Source of the DNA: a virus
Length of the DNA: 64,000 nt
IMG/VR virus record: IMGVR_UViG_3300050821_006485
Coordinates: 37,203-101,202 of that record
Strand: one strand, 5' to 3'
A model generated the notes under the pieces. That model had not been told where the DNA came from. It worked only from the letters and a program-made list of their open reading frames with translations, and made no database searches. Below are positions 57,221 to 64,000 of the stretch, in pieces (within the stretch, counting starts at the first letter, position 1; every line of letters starts with the position of its first letter). Made by a program: the position numbers and the translations under genes.

Positions 57221-59141
57221 CGTTTTGTACTACGATGCCGTTGAAATTACGCGCTTTCAACTCTGCTTTTTGTATTTCGTCATAACTCCGTACTTGTGAT
57301 CTTGCCCCATCAAAGTATAAGAAGCAAGAACCACCAGAAGAATATCGAGATAGTGCTACGTCTACTCTCATTTTTGAGTCAAATGAAGTATCGCTCTCCT
57401 TCATCGCATCGGCTTCTTGGTCATATTCACCTAACTTTAAATCTGAACTAAGAGACTTCCTCCATAGAATTAGCAGGGCATCGCAATCCTTTTCAATGTG
57501 CGAACTACCTTCGGTATCATTGGAATTGATTATGTTGGCTTCGTCTAACTTTTTAGGTTGCAGTATCCGAAATAGTTTTATTCCGTAATCCTTAGCAATC
57601 TTCGCGGACACTTTGCTAATCTGAGAAAGATGCACCGCCCTTAGCCCGGCATTCTTCAGTGTAAGATCGCATAGCAACTGGATGTTGTCCAGTACAATTG
57701 TCTTAACCCCATAACGTCTGATGCAATCTCGCATCAATTTAAAGACATCTTCCGGGTCCCGTACTAACAATGGATACGCAAAGTAAATGTCTCCTTCCCT
57801 ATTTCTCTGTATCTCCTTGGCATCTACCACCGCTAATTTTAGTTCTGCTAACTTCTGCCTAGATTCTTCCGTTCCCGGCTCTGTGATATTGTCTTCGAAA
57901 CCGGTTACCAAACTTACCCATTTCTTAGCTAACCTGGCAGGGCTCATCTCAAGGCAGCACACAAGTACATTCTCGCCATAGCTAGCTGCGAAGTGGTCCG
58001 CGAGATTTAAAGAAAATGTGGTCTTGCCTCGCTTAGAGGGTCCCAAAATATCGCATACATCTCCGTCTTCAAACCCTACTTTACTGTTTAGTTCTTTCCA
58101 AGGAGATACATACTTTGGTGCTAAGTCGTGCTTACCACTTAATTCGTCTTCTAATTGACTTAGCGCATCCTTGGCACTCGTCACGCCTGTTATTTCGAAC
58201 ATCGTGGCGCTTGCTTTGAGTTTCTCAAACTGCTCTAAGGTTCCCCCATTAACAAAGAACTCATTTATGTCTTTGACTCCGGCGGGCAGTATGATCTTCA
58301 AGCACTTATCAATGCCGATCTTACTTGCCATTTCCTGCGCGGCCTTGTTCCCAACTTTGTCACCATCGTAGCATAGGTATATCTTCTCGGGCGCAATGCG
58401 ATCTAGCGTCTCAATCCAAGAATTTTTCTTAACATTAGCACCAGGCACACCCACGGCGTTCTCTATGCCGTTCGACATTGCACTCAGAACATCTTTTTCT
58501 CCTTCCAGAAAAATTATCTCTTGGCAACCTTCGGTGAGCACGCCCGCATTAAATAATCCTGCCTCCCAACCACTAGGGCACGCAAAGTCCTTCTCATTTG
58601 GGGGCATGGTACAGTATTTGGCAAACGTGATGTTTCCTTCCAAACTAAGGTAGGGAATAACCAGTGCCTTCGTTTCCCCTGCCTTCCTGAAGTACACCTT
58701 CTCCTTAAGCCCTAGCTTTTGCCGATCAATGATTTCACGAGTGAACCCGCGTACGTTTAGGAGGTAGTCCATAGCCTCGGCGTCCCCTATGAGGGCTCTA
58801 TGGCACTCGTCTGGGTCGGGCAGTTCATCAGGCTTAGAAGGGCCGCCCGCCCATTCCTTACGGCTATCTATGCCGGGGATTCTGATGCCTAAATGTTCCT
58901 GAAGTGTACGCAGGTTCCCGGTCGCGGCGCAAGAAGCATGATGACAGAAATATAGAGAATCTCTGGTGCTTTCGTCAGTATTTGCTACAGCCATGTAGAA
59001 CTTATAATCTGACTTGTGGCAGAAGGGGCAGGTCTCTATCTGTATCTGCCCTCCAGAAGGTCCTCTGTAATTCCAGCCCTGCTCAGTAACTAACCGCAAC
59101 CCTCGGCTGTTCCGTAAATTCTCTGCACTCGCTTGGCTCAT
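57180..59141 (-). CDS. Primase-helicase (T7 gp4/Twinkle-like)
   Basis: CPFC zinc domain; TOPRIM EGEKD, YDGD, KDINE; SF4 helicase GPSKRGKT, LEMS, GSSHIEKDCD. Confidence 0.92.
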   Translation of the reverse strand: MSQASAENLRNSRGLRLVTEQGWNYRGPSGGQIQIETCPFCHKSDYKFYMAVANTDESTRDSLYFCHHASCAATGNLRTLQEHLGIRIPGIDSRKEWAGGPSKPDELPDPDECHRALIGDAEAMDYLLNVRGFTREIIDRQKLGLKEKVYFRKAGETKALVIPYLSLEGNITFAKYCTMPPNEKDFACPSGWEAGLFNAGVLTEGCQEIIFLEGEKDVLSAMSNGIENAVGVPGANVKKNSWIETLDRIAPEKIYLCYDGDKVGNKAAQEMASKIGIDKCLKIILPAGVKDINEFFVNGGTLEQFEKLKASATMFEITGVTSAKDALSQLEDELSGKHDLAPKYVSPWKELNSKVGFEDGDVCDILGPSKRGKTTFSLNLADHFAASYGENVLVCCLEMSPARLAKKWVSLVTGFEDNITEPGTEESRQKLAELKLAVVDAKEIQRNREGDIYFAYPLLVRDPEDVFKLMRDCIRRYGVKTIVLDNIQLLCDLTLKNAGLRAVHLSQISKVSAKIAKDYGIKLFRILQPKKLDEANIINSNDTEGSSHIEKDCDALLILWRKSLSSDLKLGEYDQEADAMKESDTSFDSKMRVDVALSRYSSGGSCFLYFDGARSQVRSYDEIQKAELKARNFNGIVVQNGVPTEADNETVSI

Positions 59142-59481
59142 CCTTAGCACCTTCCTCGCGTTCGCCGGGCTCTACCGAGCGAACCCAATCTACTAGCTGT
59201 TCTAGGGTCCAATCTTCTAGGCACATTACATGGTGGTCAAATATATGTGCAACCTTTGTCCACGCCGCCTGACTATCAATATTGATATAACTATTAGGAA
59301 AACAATTGCAAGGAAAATCCATGTCAGTTTTCAGCCACGGCCAAAGCTTTTTAATGTTACAATACTGCCGTTTAATACCGCAGGCGTTTGCGGCCATCCC
59401 CAACGCACAATTATTTATGTCTCCGCTTTTTGGGCTGTCAACCGTTACCCTTCCCAACATAATCGCATCGCTTAGTCTCAT
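59083..59481 (-). CDS. Hypothetical protein
   Basis: AGGAG RBS; MRLSDAIMLG...CALG...WTLEQLVDWV. Confidence 0.7.
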   Translation of the reverse strand: MRLSDAIMLGRVTVDSPKSGDINNCALGMAANACGIKRQYCNIKKLWPWLKTDMDFPCNCFPNSYINIDSQAAWTKVAHIFDHHVMCLEDWTLEQLVDWVRSVEPGEREEGAKDEPSECREFTEQPRVAVSY

Positions 59482-59490
59482 TGTTTTCTC

Positions 59491-59802
59491 CTAGTTGATG
59501 TGCGGCGAAGTATACGCCGCAAATAATGCTCTACCTATCGTACTTAGCTCAAACACTTCTAAATCTCTTCCGGTGTTCGCCTTGATATTCTGCAATTGTA
59601 TCCTATAGAATTCCGTGTTGTCAAGGATAAAACCCAGCTTTAAAAGCACAGCCAAGTCTTCCCTAGTTTCCGTGAAGCGCTTAAACTGCTCTGGATTGTC
59701 CTTGCTTGCATCGGGGAGCATGGAGAGTGCCGAGCCTGTTTTCATCATTTCCGAAATACACGCCATCTGGTTGCTGGTTAGTTCGGGAATTACTGTTGTC
59801 AT
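59491..59802 (-). CDS. Hypothetical protein
   Basis: AGGAG RBS just downstream of the tRNA. Confidence 0.65.
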   Translation of the reverse strand: MTTVIPELTSNQMACISEMMKTGSALSMLPDASKDNPEQFKRFTETREDLAVLLKLGFILDNTEFYRIQLQNIKANTGRDLEVFELSTIGRALFAAYTSPHIN

Positions 59803-59816
59803 CTTTCTCCTAATTT

Positions 59817-59892
59817 TGGTGGGCCTGCTTGGACTCGAACCAAGAACCTACGGATTATGAGTCCGCTGCTCTGCCAATTGAGCTACAGGCCC
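59817..59892 (-). tRNA. tRNA with CAU anticodon, most likely tRNA-Ile2 (lysidine type)
   Basis: GGGCCTGTAGCTCAATTGGCAGAGCAGCGGACTCATAATCCGTAGGTTCTTGGTTCGAGTCCAAGCAGGCCCACCA; full cloverleaf, encoded CCA, ileX-like anticodon arm. Confidence 0.92.
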
Positions 59893-60149
59893 GGTCTCCA
59901 GCCACCTACCCTTTCGAACTTGTCCTCAGTTATATGATAGATTAACCTGTGTGAATGTATGGCATCGTGGCAGCACGAACAAAGACAGATTAGGTTCTCT
60001 TCTGTGTCAGGACCTCCGTGACTTCTAAACACGCAATGGTGCGCGGTTAAATTCTCTCTGTAGCCACAATGGCGGCACTTAAAACCGTCTCTTTTAAAGA
60101 CCCTTTGGCAGAGTATCTGGTACTCTCTAGGCTTTAACCGTAGGCTCAT
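59883..60149 (-). CDS. Small HNH endonuclease
   Basis: RDGFKCRHCG...HHCVFRSHGG...NLICLCSCCHDAIH. Confidence 0.85.
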   Translation of the reverse strand: MSLRLKPREYQILCQRVFKRDGFKCRHCGYRENLTAHHCVFRSHGGPDTEENLICLCSCCHDAIHSHRLIYHITEDKFERVGGWRPGL

Positions 60150-60690
60150 ACTTAGCGAATGCCGGGTGTTTTCCTTGTTGTAACTTATCCATTTTGCTTT
60201 TCAGTTCAGCAAAGCTAACCGGTGTGAAGTTCCAATCATCCACGCCGATATCTAGGGACTTGCCATAGGGCGGTAGACCGCCGTGGGAATGGCCGTACAG
60301 GTGCCAAGTGCCTCGTAGGTCGTGGTGCCAGGTTCGTAGTCCGTAATGGAAAAGTACAATCTTATGTCCTTGTTCAGTTATTTCCTTATAATCCGAGATA
60401 GAAGCGAATCTACTCTTCAATTGGTTCTCAGCCAATGCATCGTGATTGCCGCGAATTAGATGGATATGGCCGTGCAGCCGGTCGGCAATGTTTCGTATAT
60501 ACCATGGCTCCGCGTCTCGGCCAAAGGCAAAATCTCCTAGGTGCCAAACAGTATCGCCTTTTCCAACAACCGCGTTCCAGTTTTCCTCCATTGCTCGGTC
60601 CATCTCTCGATAGTCCTTGAATGGCCGGTTGCAGTACCCAATTATGCGGTCGTGTCCGAAGTGGGTATCGGAAATGAAGAAGGTTGCCAT
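60127..60690 (-). CDS. Calcineurin-like metallophosphoesterase
   Basis: SDTHFGH, LGDF, GNHD, YGHSHG, DIGVD. Confidence 0.9.
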   Translation of the reverse strand: MATFFISDTHFGHDRIIGYCNRPFKDYREMDRAMEENWNAVVGKGDTVWHLGDFAFGRDAEPWYIRNIADRLHGHIHLIRGNHDALAENQLKSRFASISDYKEITEQGHKIVLFHYGLRTWHHDLRGTWHLYGHSHGGLPPYGKSLDIGVDDWNFTPVSFAELKSKMDKLQQGKHPAFAKYEPTVKA

Positions 60691-60691
60691 G

Positions 60692-61195
60692 TTATATAAT
60701 CTCCTTCATTGTTCCTAAGGCCGCTTTACGCACCGCAATTGCTTCGGCTTTAGTTTTGAACAGTCCAAGATGTTTTCTTTTCCCAGGTTCTGGATAATAC
60801 CTAGCTCTCCACACACCTTCGGAAAACTCAGTAACTCCGTCGCCTTTAGCGCCCACTTTAACAGCGTGTCTACGGTTCCCTAATTGGCTTCTCCACTCTA
60901 AATTGTCAACAACGCAATTGGCTTTAATAGTGTCCTTATGATTGACTTCTGGCAAATTTAATGGGTTTGGTAAAAAAGCCCCAGCAACCAGTCTGTGCAA
61001 AGATACGGTTTTTCCTTGTAACTTTACACTTAAATACCCGGCCTTATCTGCTGTAGGAGTAAGCAGTCCTCCAGAAGAGCCTTGCCTTCTTTTACTCCAT
61101 ACTCTTCCTAAGCTACTGACCTCATAGTTTTCAAAACCAGCAACCGGTTTCCACAGTTCATTCTTTATTTTCTGTCTCAATTTCAGTTTGCTCAA
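60692..61195 (-). CDS. NUMOD4-HNH-AP2 homing endonuclease
   Basis: WKPVAGFENYEVSSLGRV, HRLVAGAFL..EVNHKD..NLEW, KRKHLGLFKTKAEA. Confidence 0.88.
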   Translation of the reverse strand: MSKLKLRQKIKNELWKPVAGFENYEVSSLGRVWSKRRQGSSGGLLTPTADKAGYLSVKLQGKTVSLHRLVAGAFLPNPLNLPEVNHKDTIKANCVVDNLEWRSQLGNRRHAVKVGAKGDGVTEFSEGVWRARYYPEPGKRKHLGLFKTKAEAIAVRKAALGTMKEII

Positions 61196-61874
61196 CTCTT
61201 TCCTCTTCTGTGTAATTATTTGGATCGCTTAAAAATTCCTGACAAATCATCTCCACACAAACACCGTCTGGGTAATCCTTGGCAGTTCCTTCACTATCCC
61301 TACCCGCGCTCCCTAAGCGCTTACGCGCTAGTTCAAAAGCTTTGCTGACCACATTATCCCACGCAGACTGCGTGACCTTATAAGCTCTTGATACCATCTT
61401 ATTTTCTTCCACTTGGTTTTTTAATCGGCTGACTTCTGCTTCTACTTCTGCGTACGACATACGCAACGCGGCCCGAGTAAGCCGTACAATATGCCTGTCT
61501 AACGGTTCTGATACTTTAGTATCTTCATTCCAAAATGCACCCTTCGGGTCTAAACTAGTTATTTCCCGGAGCTTACTTACGCCTACGGGTTCGTATTCTT
61601 CCCGTAACAACATAACTATACGATACACTTCTACTATCCTTGTTAAGTATTGTGCCTTCCTTTCTTTAATATCTAACTCCTTTACGGCGTAATCCCCGAG
61701 CGATTTAAAGCCCCATTCGCGGCAGTAGTCCTTCGCTTCGTAAAGCAGTTCAGCCAAGTCGAAGGTGTGCCGCTTGAGACTAGAGGCGAGGGTGCTCAGC
61801 GAATGCCGAACCAAGGCGGACCTACCCGCGACTGCTTCACCAACAATCGCGGGGACATTATCTGTTATTTCCAT
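61158..61874 (-). CDS. Hypothetical (possibly DNA-binding) protein
   Basis: ATG 61874 after GGAGG; WGFKSLGDYAVKELDIKERKAQYL helix-turn-helix-like. Confidence 0.65.
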   Translation of the reverse strand: MEITDNVPAIVGEAVAGRSALVRHSLSTLASSLKRHTFDLAELLYEAKDYCREWGFKSLGDYAVKELDIKERKAQYLTRIVEVYRIVMLLREEYEPVGVSKLREITSLDPKGAFWNEDTKVSEPLDRHIVRLTRAALRMSYAEVEAEVSRLKNQVEENKMVSRAYKVTQSAWDNVVSKAFELARKRLGSAGRDSEGTAKDYPDGVCVEMICQEFLSDPNNYTEEERVEQTEIETENKE

Positions 61875-61881
61875 GCGCCTC

Positions 61882-62216
61882 CTATGCGGCCTTCTTGGCT
61901 TTACTAACGATGTAACGTTTGGGAATGCCAAGCGCTTTCACAACAGCATCTTTCAACTTAACACGAAAACTAAAGGGCTTGACGTGTCGCAAGTCATCAA
62001 AGTTTTCTATAAACCTTGTTGCCGTTTTTTGGCAAATCAACTCGTGAATACTCGTAACCCTCTTCGGTTTCATATTCGAAGTCGATGGCATCGACCACAC
62101 TTACGCCGTGGAACCCCACTCTTGTAGCAGCCAAAGCTATGGGGCAAGTTTCACTTTTTGTTTGGCTCCCCGTTTTGTATGTCTTTGCTAGTGACTTTGA
62201 TTTCTATCGTTTTCAT
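61882..62216 (-). pseudogene. ~110-aa gene broken by two +1 frameshifts in A-runs
   Basis: AGGAG RBS then MKTIEIKVTSKDIQNGEPNK / SETCPIALAATR...DLPK / TATRFIENFDD..VKPFSF; extra A at 62155-62159 and 62025-62030. Confidence 0.6.
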
Positions 62217-62250
62217 TTGTTTTGTTTTTCTCCTGAGTTTTATTTTAATC

Positions 62251-62580
62251 GGTAGAGAGGCCTTGCGACCCCTCACCCTTCGACCGCTTTAGGCGGCCAT
62301 AGCTAGCTCGTTAGAGTTGGCTTGTTTTGTTTCGTGTCCTGATTACGCTGGCCACGACATCGCGGGATTGTCCACTGCTGTCTCATCGTCGCCGTCGAAT
62401 CCTTTCACGCCCGTCAAAGCCACCATTCAGTCGAGAATTATAGTTCACTACCCCTGCCGGGGGGTGCTATTCCGCGAGACCCGCTGAAAGGCTCTCGGTA
62501 TTCATCATGGTGGCTATGGTGGACGTGGCGGCATCGAAGCCGCGTCCGACAACCCGGATAACAGTTTCATACAACCATAA
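62251..62580 (-). ncRNA. ssrA: Circularly permuted (two-piece) tmRNA: acceptor piece ~62580-62517, intervening segment 62516-62413, coding piece 62412-~62251
   Basis: 5' end GGGCGTG-AAA-GGATTCGAC; 3' end GGAC-GCGGC-TTCGAT-GCCGC-CACGTCC-ACCA lies upstream of it; 7-bp acceptor stem with G3.U70; tag 62321-62289 ANSNELAMAA*. Confidence 0.9.
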
Positions 62581-62582
62581 CC

Positions 62583-63515
62583 CTAAATTTCCACTGGTGG
62601 TAACACTTCGCTGTCGTACTTACTTGATGATTCTTCCGCAACTGCTTCGTCTACTTCTTCCGCTTCTTGTTGCGCTTGCTTTTGACCATTACGTTGTGCC
62701 ATGTATTCCAGAAAAAGCGCTCCGAACTCCTGCTTATCTTTCTCCTGCATAAGAGCGAACTTCCGGCAAGCCATAACATACGGACCCCCTTTGGTTAACT
62801 GTGTTGAGTAAATTTCGAAGCTAAAGTCGAAGAGGTTGACAGATGGCAATGGCGGTAACTGCCCTCCGGGAGGCGGAACAAACCCCGGAGTAGCATTGAA
62901 TAACCCCGTGGTCTTGTCGAACGTGTACCCCCGTTCTTTGTTTCGTAGGCGTATGTTAGACGTTTCCTTTGCAATCAGACCGTATAAATCGCGCTCCATG
63001 TGGTCCTTGAACGGCTTTACGCTCTTTCCGCCCACGTCTAGGTAATGGAACGTCTGGCTCTCGCGGTCTGCCAGAAACAAATGGTAGAACATCTTGCACT
63101 TGGGCAGAAGATCATTCTTCTGAGAAGCCGGGCGTGGATCATTTCTCCACGCTTCCCACATTAGATCACCAAATTTACAGCTTGCACAATACAACGCGGG
63201 GGGATTCTTTGCCTTTGGGTGTGGCTGAATGTTGTCCAGCGAGAAGCACTCCTTGCCTTGTTTCACATTAGGGTCCCAAGGCGGCCAATAATCGCGCTGT
63301 GTTCTGACATCAAACAGCACAACTTTCAAGGAAGGAACCTGTTCACCAGTTGCGGTATTGCGAAACATCCCCGGCGTCCCCCCTTCTTTCGTCGTGGACT
63401 TCGCTACCAACTCCAAAACGGTAGGCCGGATGTTGCTAAACAGACTCCCGGCGAGTCCCAGGCCGCCCTTAGCGAGCGGTGCCTGGTTGTTCAATACAAC
63501 TAAGTCCTGTCCCAT
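62583..63515 (-). CDS. Putative ssDNA-binding / recombination-associated protein
   Basis: CFSLDNIQP...CASC..W...CK; acidic C-terminal tail. Confidence 0.5.
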   Translation of the reverse strand: MGQDLVVLNNQAPLAKGGLGLAGSLFSNIRPTVLELVAKSTTKEGGTPGMFRNTATGEQVPSLKVVLFDVRTQRDYWPPWDPNVKQGKECFSLDNIQPHPKAKNPPALYCASCKFGDLMWEAWRNDPRPASQKNDLLPKCKMFYHLFLADRESQTFHYLDVGGKSVKPFKDHMERDLYGLIAKETSNIRLRNKERGYTFDKTTGLFNATPGFVPPPGGQLPPLPSVNLFDFSFEIYSTQLTKGGPYVMACRKFALMQEKDKQEFGALFLEYMAQRNGQKQAQQEAEEVDEAVAEESSSKYDSEVLPPVEI

Positions 63516-64000
63516 TATTCTGCTCCGTTTGTGTGAATAAAATGCTCAATGCGCTCGGCGGTTACCTTAGCGCGTGTCTTAGCGGTTTTGGCCCTCTGGT
63601 AACGTCCCGAAAACTTTTCCGGCCAGCCCTCATTAGTGCCAACAGACCGTGAACTAAATACAAATAAACGAAGGGCTTCTTCTTCGGAAAGTCCGAGGAT
63701 TTCAGCCGCTACATCCATTGGCTCTGTTTCGTTTTTTAAATTTATGTTTTCTCCCGCATCTTTTGCATTCTTCAAAAAATCTTTCCACAATTTCAGGTTG
63801 TTTAGAAAGATTGTCCAGCCTGCTACACATCCAGTGGTCCTACAAGCTGGAACCTTATCGTCTTTAATTTCATAACCTGTAGTACCGCCCGCTTCCGAAT
63901 GCACCATGCCCCAAGCTTGCATTGTAAGTCGATGCGGCTCCTCCAAGATGTGCGCCTGGACCTTGCGTAGTATCCTAATCGCTTTCTTGCTTAGCTTCTT
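63515..64000 (-). CDS. Hypothetical protein, 5' end outside window
   Basis: Frame open to the window end; ILEEP..MQAW...CRTTGCVAGW. Confidence 0.65.
   Translation of the reverse strand, partial: KKLSKKAIRILRKVQAHILEEPHRLTMQAWGMVHSEAGGTTGYEIKDDKVPACRTTGCVAGWTIFLNNLKLWKDFLKNAKDAGENINLKNETEPMDVAAEILGLSEEEALRLFVFSSRSVGTNEGWPEKFSGRYQRAKTAKTRAKVTAERIEHFIHTNGAE

Noticed and set aside
59817-59892. tRNA-Met or initiator tRNA-fMet
   Set aside because: G1-C72 is paired and there is no triple G-C anticodon stem; overall ileX-like, though elongator Met is not fully excluded
62436-62470. Internal promoter in the tmRNA intervening segment
   Set aside because: A TATAAT is present on the minus strand but there is no credible -35 or extended -10
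1-64000. Stop-codon reassignment or prophage boundary
   Set aside because: Long genes are intact in the standard code with all three stops used; no integrase, att site or host genes seen

Overview
A 64-kb segment of a large tailed-phage genome with no host housekeeping genes, about 47% GC by eye. The + strand (1 to ~46,975) carries a lysis module, a GroES-like co-chaperonin, head-completion/tail genes, many fibre and decoration genes, a glycosyltransferase cluster, a DUF3494 ice-binding protein, putative ejection proteins, and a short sigma70-promoted cluster (exonuclease, dNMP kinase, protease). No tape measure, sheath or baseplate gene is visible, so the virion may be podovirus-like. The - strand (~46,953 to 64,000) carries early/replication genes: RecA, primase-helicase, two RNA ligases, two metallophosphoesterases, an HD hydrolase, an RlpA-like protein and tRNA-Ile2. 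Signals the ORF track does not show: (1) a tail-nozzle-like gene that seems to start at ACG, is interrupted by an ORF-less group I intron (20208-20447), and is then split mid-domain by a Gly22-Hint cassette; (2) a circularly permuted two-piece tmRNA with tag ANSNELAMAA; (3) one covarying hairpin-plus-pseudoknot leader that masks the Shine-Dalgarno of three unrelated homing endonuclease genes; (4) a kissing-loop RNA upstream of groES; (5) short peptide motifs shared among the glycosyltransferases and among the ejection proteins. All family calls come from motif recognition by eye; no searches were run.
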